Positions 32,805 to 42,457 of a stretch of DNA of 64,000 nt are shown in pieces (the first letter of the stretch is position 1; each line of letters begins with the position of its first letter). Below the pieces are notes generated by a model. The model did not search any database, had not been told where the DNA came from, and saw only the letters and a program-made list of their open reading frames with translations. Position numbers and translations under genes: made by a program. Source of the DNA: Candidatus Aminicenantes bacterium (GTDB lineage Bacteria; Acidobacteriota; Aminicenantia; Aminicenantales; UBA4085); assembly GCA_026393855.1 (NCBI GenBank), contig JAPKZJ010000108.1, forward strand, positions 16,600-80,599. Direction: 5' to 3'.

Positions 32805-33613
32805 GAGCGCTTGGCCAGGACGGCCAGGCCGTTGGCATCGGCCAAGGCCAGGGATTCGTCCTTCTGGAAGAACGGCATCCGGCCGGCCTCGAAACAGAGG
32901 GCGGCGGCCCGGACCCGGATCAAGCCGCGGAACGTCTCGAGCCCGACCGCCGGAATGTCGATCCGCGGGTCCTGGCGGGTGCGGGCCACTTTGATCACAA
33001 CGACGCCCTTGCCGGCCAGCCGGCCGGCCCGCTTGATCGTCTCGTTCGTGCCTTCCAGGCCTTCGATCGCGACGACGGCCCGATCCCTGACGACCAGCGT
33101 CTGGCCGATGTCTTCGTCCGCCAGGCGGCGAGCCCGGTCCCAGCCGAACTCGATGTCCTCGAGAATGGCGGGTGTCGGCGGAGCCAGGCTGAGAAGGCCG
33201 GCCGGGCAGAAATACGGCTGCAGGAGGAAGGAGGGATCGACGACCGTCACCCCCTGGGCTCCGAGGTAATCGATAAGCGATTGGATCAGCCGGGTCGGCG
33301 TCTTGTCGCGGATCTGGGCGATGAGTTGGAAGAGCGCGTCGTCCATCGTTCCCTTGGGCTGCAGGACGGCCCGCGGATCGATGGCTCCGGTCATGACCGC
33401 CCGGCGGACGGATTGTCCCTTGAAGAACGAGACCAGCTTGTCGAGCTCGGTCAGCCCGAACCATTCGAAGGCGGCGGCCCGGGACTTGAGGTCGGCCTGG
33501 GCTTCGCCCCGGACGCCGGCCACGACGCACTCGAACCCCTGCCCGACGGCTTCCTCGAGCGCCAGGAGCGGGGATTCGCCCGCCCCGGCGATCAATCCGA
33601 TTCGCTCTCCCAT
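32801..33613 (-). CDS. lpxI: UDP-2,3-diacylglucosamine pyrophosphatase LpxI (DUF1009)
   Basis: Start at MGERIGLIAGAGESPL (ATG 33611-33613). GQTLVVRDRAVVAIEGLEGTNETI.RAG and VVIKVARTRQD.R.D.P..G are LpxI/DUF1009 hallmarks. The N-terminal part of track ORF 32801..34039 is a shadow of lpxA. Confidence 0.82.
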   Translation of the reverse strand: MGERIGLIAGAGESPLLALEEAVGQGFECVVAGVRGEAQADLKSRAAAFEWFGLTELDKLVSFFKGQSVRRAVMTGAIDPRAVLQPKGTMDDALFQLIAQIRDKTPTRLIQSLIDYLGAQGVTVVDPSFLLQPYFCPAGLLSLAPPTPAILEDIEFGWDRARRLADEDIGQTLVVRDRAVVAIEGLEGTNETIKRAGRLAGKGVVVIKVARTRQDPRIDIPAVGLETFRGLIRVRAAALCFEAGRMPFFQKDESLALADANGLAVLAKRS

Positions 33614-34416
33614 GTCTCCGCCGTTTTTTTGACCAGGCCGCGCTTGGAGGCGGCGATGAAGTCCAGGATTTCCTCCCGGTCGGGACCGGGGGGGATGGTG
33701 CTCCGGATGGCTTCTACGGCCTGAGCCGTGTTGAGCCCGGAATAGAACAGCAGCTGGAACATGGACTTGATAGTCCCGATCCGCTCCCGGTCGAAGCCCT
33801 TGCGGCGCAGGCCGACGATATTCAGCCCGAAGACGCGGGGCGGACGCTGGCCGACGACCCGACTGAAGGGCAGGACGTCTTGGGTGATGACCGTATAGCC
33901 GCCCAGAAAGGCGTAGCGGCCGATACGGCTGAACTGGTGGATACCGGTGAAGGCGCTGAGCATGGCATGATCGCCGACGTGGACATGGCCGCCCAGGGTC
34001 GCGCCGTTGATCATGATCGTCCAGTTCCCCACCCGGCAATCGTGGGCGATGTGGGCGTAGGCCATGATGTAGTTGTCGTCGCCGATCGTCGTCAGCCGCT
34101 CTTCCTTGATCGTGGCCCGGTGAACGGTGACGAACTCCCGCAGGACGTTGCGGTCGCCGATGACGACCTGCGTTTCCTCGCCCTTGTAGCCGATGTCCTG
34201 CGGCGGCGTGCCGAGGACGGAGTAGAAGCCGACGACGTTATCGGCCCCGAGTGTGGTCCAGCCGTCCACGATGACGTGGGCCTCGAGCCGGGTCCGGGGT
34301 CCGATGGCGACATGCGGGCCGACGATGCAATAGGGCCCGATCACGGCCGCGGGATCGATCCGGGCCGCCGGATCGACGAGCGCCGTCGGGTGGATAGACG
34401 CGTTATTTGGAGACAT
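33592..34416 (-). CDS. lpxA: acyl-ACP--UDP-N-acetylglucosamine O-acyltransferase
   Basis: IHPTALVDP.A.I......IGPYC.VGP.V.IG hexapeptide repeats are present, with MAY.HIAHDC..G and C-terminal RRKGF......I...F..L. Confidence 0.9.
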   Translation of the reverse strand: MSPNNASIHPTALVDPAARIDPAAVIGPYCIVGPHVAIGPRTRLEAHVIVDGWTTLGADNVVGFYSVLGTPPQDIGYKGEETQVVIGDRNVLREFVTVHRATIKEERLTTIGDDNYIMAYAHIAHDCRVGNWTIMINGATLGGHVHVGDHAMLSAFTGIHQFSRIGRYAFLGGYTVITQDVLPFSRVVGQRPPRVFGLNIVGLRRKGFDRERIGTIKSMFQLLFYSGLNTAQAVEAIRSTIPPGPDREEILDFIAASKRGLVKKTAETWESESD

Positions 34417-34870
34417 TGAGCTCCTCTTTCTCCATCAGGGAGGCCCACATATCCCCTTCAACCGCCAGATCGCCGTCGACGAAGGCCCGGCCGTGGATGA
34501 GGTGGAACCGGCCCCGGATCTTGGCCAGCTCGGCCTCGAGCCAGAGTTGATCGCCCGGGACGACCGGACGCCGGAACTTCATATTGTCGATCTTGCTGAA
34601 GAGCATGAATTTGGTCTGGGGGTCGGGAACCGAGTGGTAGATCAGGATCCCGCCAGCCTGGGCCATGGCCTCAACGATCAGCACGCCCGGCATGATCCTG
34701 GCCATAGGAAAGTGGCCCTGGAAGAACTCCTCGTTGTAGGTGACGTTCTTCAGGGCCCGGATGGACTTCCCGTTTTCCAGGGCCAGGACGCGGTCGACGA
34801 GCAGAAAAGGATAGCGGTGCGGCAGGAACTTGAGGATGTCCTCGATGTTCAGGACCGCGCTACTGGTCAT
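34403..34870 (-). CDS. fabZ: 3-hydroxyacyl-ACP dehydratase
   Basis: Start ATG 34868-34870. [38 protein letters not shown] and FRRPV.PGD are canonical FabZ motifs. The protein is 155 aa. Confidence 0.9.
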   Translation of the reverse strand: MTSSAVLNIEDILKFLPHRYPFLLVDRVLALENGKSIRALKNVTYNEEFFQGHFPMARIMPGVLIVEAMAQAGGILIYHSVPDPQTKFMLFSKIDNMKFRRPVVPGDQLWLEAELAKIRGRFHLIHGRAFVDGDLAVEGDMWASLMEKEELNVSK

Positions 34871-35394
34871 TTGCTCGGGACGGCCTTGGAGGCGTCGTAG
34901 CGCTTGATGACCTCGGCGGTCACATCGATGACCGGGTTGGCCCAAGCGGCGCCGCTCTTCTGCAGATCGAAAATGATGTCGTAGCCGCGCTCTTTGCCCA
35001 TGGCTTCGACGATCGGGATGAGCTCGTCCTGGACCTTCTTGAACAGGCGGTTGGTCAGGTCCTGCATCCCGGCGTAAGCGTCTTCGGCCATCCGCTTGCG
35101 GTCGGTCGTCTTCTTGTCCAGGTCGCCCTGCATCTGGAGGGCGGCCTCTTCGGTCAGGGTCAGGCGCTGGGTGTTGAGCCGGGTTTGGAGCTGGCGAATC
35201 TCGTCGTCCAGCTTGGCGATGCCCGCTTGGTACTGCTTGTCGCGCTCCTGGATGCGGGCGATGACCTTCTTGCCTTCGGCCGACTTTTCCAGAACATCCT
35301 GCGAGTTGATGACGCCGATCTTGGACTGGGCGTAAAGGGCGGCGAAGCCGCCGCAAACAGCGATCATAGTCAGGGCGGCGATAAATTTCCGCAT
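34867..35394 (-). CDS. skp: periplasmic chaperone Skp (OmpH family)
   Basis: A signal peptide is followed by KIGVINSQDVL..S.EGKK and a long coiled-coil Q/E/K-rich arm. It lies between bamA and fabZ as in many diderms. Confidence 0.82.
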   Translation of the reverse strand: MRKFIAALTMIAVCGGFAALYAQSKIGVINSQDVLEKSAEGKKVIARIQERDKQYQAGIAKLDDEIRQLQTRLNTQRLTLTEEAALQMQGDLDKKTTDRKRMAEDAYAGMQDLTNRLFKKVQDELIPIVEAMGKERGYDIIFDLQKSGAAWANPVIDVTAEVIKRYDASKAVPSK

Positions 35395-35438
35395 GGTCAG
35401 ACCTCCTAAGTCATGTTCGGGACGGGGTCCCGCGGGGT

Positions 35439-37787
35439 TCAGAACGTGGTTCCAATCGCAAAACGGAACGCGATATTGGAATCGGATTGGTAAATCCGGC
35501 GGTTATTATACGAAAAAATCAGGCGGAAAGGAACCCTGAGGGCCGGCACGAAGATGCGGGCCTCGAGTCCGGTCGAAGTATAGACGTCGGTTAGGCTGAT
35601 TTTGCCCTCGTGCGGCCAGGCATTGCCCCGGTCATGGAAGGCGATCAGGTAGAGCGGGCTCTCGATACCGCCGACGTGCAGGATGGCCTCGAAGTTGATG
35701 ATCAGCTCTTTCTCGCCGCCCGTGTTTGTCCCGCTCTCGGAGCGGGGCCCGATGGTGTAGATCTCGTAGCCGCGGACGTTGCGCTCGCCGCCCAGGAAGA
35801 AGCGCTCCCAGAACGGGACCTGGGTATCGGTGGTCCGGAGGATCTCGGAGTATTCGAAGTGGGCGCCAAGCGAGAGGACTCCTTGCTTGATCGGCTGGAA
35901 GTGGGTGAATTCCAGGCGCGGCTTGAACAGATCGACCTCGCCGCCGAGGAACGACCCGGCGTACTTGAACGACAGGGAATACATCGTGCCCGAAGTGGGC
36001 GTTAGGGGGCTGTCGACCGTCGACCGGTAGATGGCCGGCATGATCGAGCTCATGTTGTACTTGCCCCAGCCGAACAGGCCCATGTAATAGGGGTCGATCC
36101 AGGAGGTCGTCGACGTCCCTTGGTCGGCGGCCTGGGAATCCGGTTCGGTGATGTTCAGGATCTGGAAGCTGTAGGTCAGGCTGCCCCGCCAATAGCCGAT
36201 GATCCGGGCGCCCAGATTGAAGTCTACACCCTTGGATTCCTGGTTGTAGAGCCAGGGCAGATAGGTGGCCCGGTTGTAGATGCTGAACCCCGCGCTGACG
36301 GGCATATCGAAAAGGTAGGGCTCGGTGAAGCCGATGACGTAGTTGCGGATGCGGGCCCCATACTGGGCGGTCAGCTCCAGGTTCTCCCCGGCCCCCAGGA
36401 AGTTGACCGTGGTGTAGCTCAAGGCGATGAACGTCCCTTCATAGCCGCTGTAGCCGGCGGTGAACTGGATGTTGTTGCGCTGCAGCTCTTTGATCGGCAT
36501 GCTGACGTCGAACTTGTTGGGGTCGGCGGCCGTCGGCTTGATGTCCGGCTCCTTCTCCAGGTCGACCAGACCGAGCTGCTTGACGCGCAGGACGCTGTCC
36601 TTGAAGACGGCCAGGCTGAAGATGTCGCCTTCCCGCATCAGCATCTCCCGCCGGATCACTTTGTCTTTAGTGAAGATGTTGCCCTTGAAATCCATGCGGT
36701 GCAGATAGCAGAGCTCGCCTTCGAAGATCTGGTAGGTGACGTTGACGACCTTGGACTTGGGATCGAGGCTTTCAACGGGCATGACCTGGGCGTATAAGTG
36801 GCCGTAGTTCCGGAACAGCTCACCCAGGTCCTCGATGCTCTTCTCCCGGATTTTGGTACTGTAGATGTCGCCCTTCACGAGCTTGATCTTGCTCATAATG
36901 CCGGAGATGGTGAAGGCCTTATTGCCCTCGACCTTGATCTCCCCCACCCGGTAGAGGTAGCCGGCGTTGACCGGGACCGTGATCTTGACCATTTTCTGGG
37001 GCTTGCTCCAGAAGAAGATGGTCCGCTTCGACATGTCCTCGATCTTGGGCTCGCCGACGGTGGCCTCCATGTACCCGTTTTCCTGGTACACTTTCTTGAC
37101 CAGGGTCAGGTCGTCGGCCAGCTTGTTCTGTTTGTAGACGTCCTTGCCGGAGACCCAGGCCAGCAGGGAGTGCGGCTTGTTCTCCTTGAGGGCGCCGCGA
37201 AGGAGGCTCGGCGAGAGCTTGACCTTGCCGGTGAACTCGATGGCCCCGATTCGGACTTTGGGGCCCTCGTCGATCTTGAAGGCCACGTCGACTTCGTTCT
37301 TGCCCGTCTTGTTGGTGACGACCTCGACCTTCGCCGCCCCCAGCCCCTTCTCGGCCAGCAAGTCCTCGATCGTCTTGCGGATCCGCTGCAGCTTGTTGGG
37401 GTTATAGTTGCTGTAGGCCAGCAGGTATTCGTCCTTCTCCTTGAGCTTGTTGGTGATGTCGTCTTCCTTGACCTTGCGGCCCGTCTTGTAGGTGATCGAC
37501 TTGATCAGCGGTGTCTCTTCGACGGTGATGGTGATGATGCGGCCCTTGGGGCTGACCGTCTGGCCGATCTTGATGTCCGAAAAGAACCCGGTCGACCAGA
37601 GGATCCGGAAATCCTTCTTAAGCAGATCCTCGTTGAAGTAGTCCCCCTCCCGCGAGGTCAGGTAGTACATGATCGTCTCTTTCGTCACCCTGTCGTTGCC
37701 GACAATGTCGATCCGTTCGATCAGCTCCTGGGCCAAGGCGGTCAGCGGGAGGAGTATCAACAAGGCGATCAAAAAAAGCTTTCTCAT
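35439..37787 (-). CDS. bamA: outer-membrane protein assembly factor BamA
   Basis: The 782-aa protein has N-terminal POTRA repeats (I..I...GN.RV....I) and a C-terminal 16-strand barrel region with ...GGER.VRGY... It ends ...FAIGTTF. Confidence 0.92.
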   Translation of the reverse strand: MRKLFLIALLILLPLTALAQELIERIDIVGNDRVTKETIMYYLTSREGDYFNEDLLKKDFRILWSTGFFSDIKIGQTVSPKGRIITITVEETPLIKSITYKTGRKVKEDDITNKLKEKDEYLLAYSNYNPNKLQRIRKTIEDLLAEKGLGAAKVEVVTNKTGKNEVDVAFKIDEGPKVRIGAIEFTGKVKLSPSLLRGALKENKPHSLLAWVSGKDVYKQNKLADDLTLVKKVYQENGYMEATVGEPKIEDMSKRTIFFWSKPQKMVKITVPVNAGYLYRVGEIKVEGNKAFTISGIMSKIKLVKGDIYSTKIREKSIEDLGELFRNYGHLYAQVMPVESLDPKSKVVNVTYQIFEGELCYLHRMDFKGNIFTKDKVIRREMLMREGDIFSLAVFKDSVLRVKQLGLVDLEKEPDIKPTAADPNKFDVSMPIKELQRNNIQFTAGYSGYEGTFIALSYTTVNFLGAGENLELTAQYGARIRNYVIGFTEPYLFDMPVSAGFSIYNRATYLPWLYNQESKGVDFNLGARIIGYWRGSLTYSFQILNITEPDSQAADQGTSTTSWIDPYYMGLFGWGKYNMSSIMPAIYRSTVDSPLTPTSGTMYSLSFKYAGSFLGGEVDLFKPRLEFTHFQPIKQGVLSLGAHFEYSEILRTTDTQVPFWERFFLGGERNVRGYEIYTIGPRSESGTNTGGEKELIINFEAILHVGGIESPLYLIAFHDRGNAWPHEGKISLTDVYTSTGLEARIFVPALRVPFRLIFSYNNRRIYQSDSNIAFRFAIGTTF

Positions 37788-37822
37788 GATCCTATCCTTA
37801 TAGCATAAACCGGGGCCATTTC

Positions 37823-37842
37823 AAAAACCGGGCCGCGCCCGG
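37823..37842 (-). terminator. intrinsic-terminator-like hairpin plus T5, 36 nt upstream of the bamA start codon
   Basis: The minus strand reads CCGGG-CGCGG-CCCGG followed by TTTTT (plus-strand AAAAACCGGGCCGCGCCCGG at 37823-37842). A second hairpin CCTCTC-GGAG-GAGAGG lies at 37845-37860. Confidence 0.4.
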
Positions 37843-37938
37843 AACCTCTCGGAGGAGAGGTATCTTCATCAAGAAGCTCGATTTTTCGTCGTCGCCGCCG
37901 GGTCCGGCTCGGGCCGTGAATCTCGATCGCTCATACCA

Positions 37939-38637
37939 TTAAGAACGCGTCGGAGGCTCGATCCGTTTCAATTCGCCATGCTCCATCATAAAGACCTTTC
38001 CGCAGTATCTGGCGACGTTTTCGCTGTGCGTGACGATCACCGCGGTCAGGTTCTTGCGGCGCTGGAGGCCGACGAGCAGGCTTAAAATATGCTCGCCGGT
38101 CTTCCAGTCCAGGTTGCCGGTCGGCTCGTCCGCTAAGAGGAGCTTGGGTTCGCGGCTCAAGGCCCGGGCCAGGGCGATGCGCTGCTGCTCGCCGCCCGAG
38201 AGCTGGGCCGGGCGCAGGCGCGCCTTGTCCTCGAGCCCGACGTCGGCCAACAGGACGGCCGCCCTGGCCAGGGCCTCGTCCTTGGGCGCGCCGCCGATCA
38301 TCAGGGGCAGGGCGATGTTCTCGCAGGCGGTGAACTCGGGCAGGAGATGGTAGAACTGGAAGACGAAGCCGATTTTGGCATTGCGGGTTCGGGCCAGCTC
38401 CCGCCAATCCTTGGCGTAGAGATCCTCCCCGTCCAGATAGACCGTGCCCTCGCTGGGCCGGTCGAGGGCGCCCAGGAGGTTGAGAAGAGTCGTCTTGCCG
38501 ACGCCCGAAACGCCCATGATGGCCGCCACATCCCCCGCCTCGAGCTCCAGGGTCAGACCGCCGAAGACCCTGAGTCGTCCTTCGGGCAGGGGATATTCCT
38601 TGCCCAGGTTGACGGCGCGGACGACGGGTTCACTCAT
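37939..38637 (-). CDS. lolD: lipoprotein-releasing system ATP-binding protein
   Basis: Walker A GVSGVGKTT, FVFQFYHLLPEFTA.EN, signature LSGGEQQR and Walker B LLLADEPTGNLD are present. It overlaps the upstream permease gene by 8 nt. Confidence 0.88.
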   Translation of the reverse strand: MSEPVVRAVNLGKEYPLPEGRLRVFGGLTLELEAGDVAAIMGVSGVGKTTLLNLLGALDRPSEGTVYLDGEDLYAKDWRELARTRNAKIGFVFQFYHLLPEFTACENIALPLMIGGAPKDEALARAAVLLADVGLEDKARLRPAQLSGGEQQRIALARALSREPKLLLADEPTGNLDWKTGEHILSLLVGLQRRKNLTAVIVTHSENVARYCGKVFMMEHGELKRIEPPTRS

Positions 38638-39847
38638 ATTTAAGGGCCACCACGGGATCGACTTTGGCCGCCCGCCGGGAGGGGAAGAGGGTCGACAAGA
38701 GGCTGACGGCGAGGGCGACGCCGAGGATCAGGGCCAGGTCCCAGGGCTTGATGTGGAACGGGACGTAGGAGATCTGGTAGATGTCGACCGGGACGCGGAT
38801 CAGCTTGAGAGCGTTGGCCAGCAGGCACCAGCCGAGCCCGAGGACGGTCCCCAGGATCGTTCCCGAGACGCCGATCATCGAGCCCTGCAGAAAGAAGACC
38901 CGCTGAATGTGCCGGGGGGTCGCCCCCAGGGACATCAGGATGCCGATGTCCCGCGTCTTCTCCATGACCATCAGGATGAGGGTGGCGATGATGTTGAGGG
39001 CGGCCACGATGACGATCAGGGCGATGGTCAGGAAGATGATGGTCTTTTCCAGCTTCAGGGCGGAGAAAAGCGACTTGTTGAGCTCGGCCCAGGTCGTGAC
39101 GTAGACAAGCGGGGGCAGCTTGGCCTTGAGCGTCTCCTTGAAAGCCGGGGCGGCGAAGACGTCCCGGATCATGACCTGGAGGTAGCTGACCCCGCCGACC
39201 ATGTCGAACCACTTCTGGGCGACGGCCAGCGGGATGATGGCCGTCCCCGAATCGAACTCGTACAGTCCGGTGGCGAAGATCCCGCTGACCTTGAAGCTCT
39301 TGATCTTGGGAACGGCGCCGATCGGGCCCATCCGCGAAGACGACGACAGGACCCGGATAACGTCGCCGATACCGGCGCCCATCGCATAGGCCAGGTCGTG
39401 TCCCAGGAGGATGCCGTCGCGGCCGCCCTCTTCGGGGAGTGTGCCGGACTCCAGCTTGGCCAGCCAGGGGGATTGGGTCCGCTCGAGGCGGAGGTCCATG
39501 CCCTTCATCATCGCCGGCTGGGTCTTGAGCGGACCGACGAGGAGGACCATGTTGAGAGCCACGGGCGAGACGGAGACCACACCGTCCAAGCCCCGGATCG
39601 TCTCCGCCATCGCGGCGTGGTCGGCCAGGGAGCCGCCCGACACGTCCGAGACCATAAGGTGCGAAGTGGCGCTCAAAATCTTGGCCTGGACGTCCTCCTG
39701 GAAGCCCGTGATCAGAGCCACGGCGATGATCAGAGCGGCGACACCGATGGTGATGCCCAGGGCCGAGATGAAGGTGATGACCGAGACGAAAGCCTGTTTG
39801 CGGCGGGCCGTCAAATAGCGGCGGGCGACAAAGCCTTCAAATCCCAT
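38630..39847 (-). CDS. lipoprotein-releasing system permease, LolC/LolE family (FtsX-like)
   Basis: The N-terminus is FE.FVARRYL.....Q.F.S.I. A large periplasmic loop and a C-terminal FtsX domain are present (...M...R.IGILMSLGA.......F...G..IG). Confidence 0.88.
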   Translation of the reverse strand: MGFEGFVARRYLTARRKQAFVSVITFISALGITIGVAALIIAVALITGFQEDVQAKILSATSHLMVSDVSGGSLADHAAMAETIRGLDGVVSVSPVALNMVLLVGPLKTQPAMMKGMDLRLERTQSPWLAKLESGTLPEEGGRDGILLGHDLAYAMGAGIGDVIRVLSSSSRMGPIGAVPKIKSFKVSGIFATGLYEFDSGTAIIPLAVAQKWFDMVGGVSYLQVMIRDVFAAPAFKETLKAKLPPLVYVTTWAELNKSLFSALKLEKTIIFLTIALIVIVAALNIIATLILMVMEKTRDIGILMSLGATPRHIQRVFFLQGSMIGVSGTILGTVLGLGWCLLANALKLIRVPVDIYQISYVPFHIKPWDLALILGVALAVSLLSTLFPSRRAAKVDPVVALKYE

Positions 39848-39865
39848 GGCCGGGGTTTCCTCGCC

Positions 39866-41407
<1,542 letters not shown>

Positions 41408-41862
41408 GGTCGTCGACTTTCGTGGTGGATTCCTTGTCGGCCAGGCTTCGGCGGACGGCGTCCAGGACGCCGTTGACGAAGTCGGCAGACTCTTCGCCGC
41501 TGAAGCGTTTGGCGATCTCGATGGCTTCGTTGATGACGATGGCCGGAGCCACGGTCTTGCCTTCCTCCAGCAGCTCCAGGACGGCCAGCCGCAGGATGTT
41601 GCGGTCGACCGGGGTCATCCGGGCCACCCGCCAATTGCGGGAGGTCGCTTGGATCAGGCCGTCCAGCTCGTCCCGCCGGGAGGAGACCCCGCGGACGAGC
41701 CAGGCGGCGTACTCGGCCTCGGCGTCGGGCGCGGAGCCGGCCGCGGACGCGGCCGCGTCCGCCGGGGAGGGCAGGATGTCCGGACCTCCCTCGTTGAACT
41801 CGAGTCCGTAGAGAGCCTGAAGCGCCCGCTCGCGGGCCGACCGTCTTTTCCCCATCGGGGGC

Positions 41863-42330
41863 CTACAGCTTGGCGTCCTTAAACAGGTTGAGGGTCTCGA
41901 TCAGGGAGAAGGCCGCGTCCCAGCCCTTGTTGCCGGCTTTGGTTCCGGCCCGCTCGATGCCCTGCTCGATGGTGTCCACGGTCAGCACCCCGAAGGCGAC
42001 GGGGCGGCCGTGCTGCATGGCGATCTGGGCCAGCCCTTTGGTCACCTCGGCGCTGAGATAGTCGAAATGAGGCGTGTCGCCCCGGATCAGGGCGCCGATG
42101 CAGAGGAGTCCGTCGAACTTGCCCGAAGCGGCCAGCTTCTCGGCCGCCAGCGGGATCTCGAACGACCCGGGCACTTTGTAAACGCTGAGATCGGCCTCCT
42201 CGGCCCCCAGCTTCTTCAGGGCGTCCAGGGCGCCGTCGAGCAGGCGTCCGGTGATGAACTGATTGAACCGGCTGGCGACGATGGCGATCTTGAAGCCCTT
42301 GGCCTGCAGCTTGCCTTCATAAATTTTCAT
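41863..42330 (-). CDS. ribH: 6,7-dimethyl-8-ribityllumazine synthase
   Basis: IAIVASRFN..IT..LL.GA, V.V.KVPG.FE.P, AL.CIGALIRG.T.HFDY and PV.FGVLT are present. The protein is 155 aa. Confidence 0.92.
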   Translation of the reverse strand: MKIYEGKLQAKGFKIAIVASRFNQFITGRLLDGALDALKKLGAEEADLSVYKVPGSFEIPLAAEKLAASGKFDGLLCIGALIRGDTPHFDYLSAEVTKGLAQIAMQHGRPVAFGVLTVDTIEQGIERAGTKAGNKGWDAAFSLIETLNLFKDAKL

Positions 42331-42383
42331 GCCCGTTCCTCCGAACCCGTGGAGTCCGCTTATTCTACAGGGAATCGGCCGGC

Positions 42384-42412
42384 TTGTAAATGCGGGAAGG
42401 ATATGCTAATAC
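42384..42412 (+). promoter_or_regulatory. sigma-70-type promoter (extended -10) for the Lon-like protease gene
   Basis: TTGTAA (42384-42389), a 17-nt spacer, then TAATAC (42407-42412) preceded by TGC (the TGn extended -10). The AAGGAG RBS lies before ATG 42458. Confidence 0.4.
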
Positions 42413-42457
42413 CTTGCTTCTCGGCATCGTCCCATCCGCCGCCAAGGAGATCCGGAG

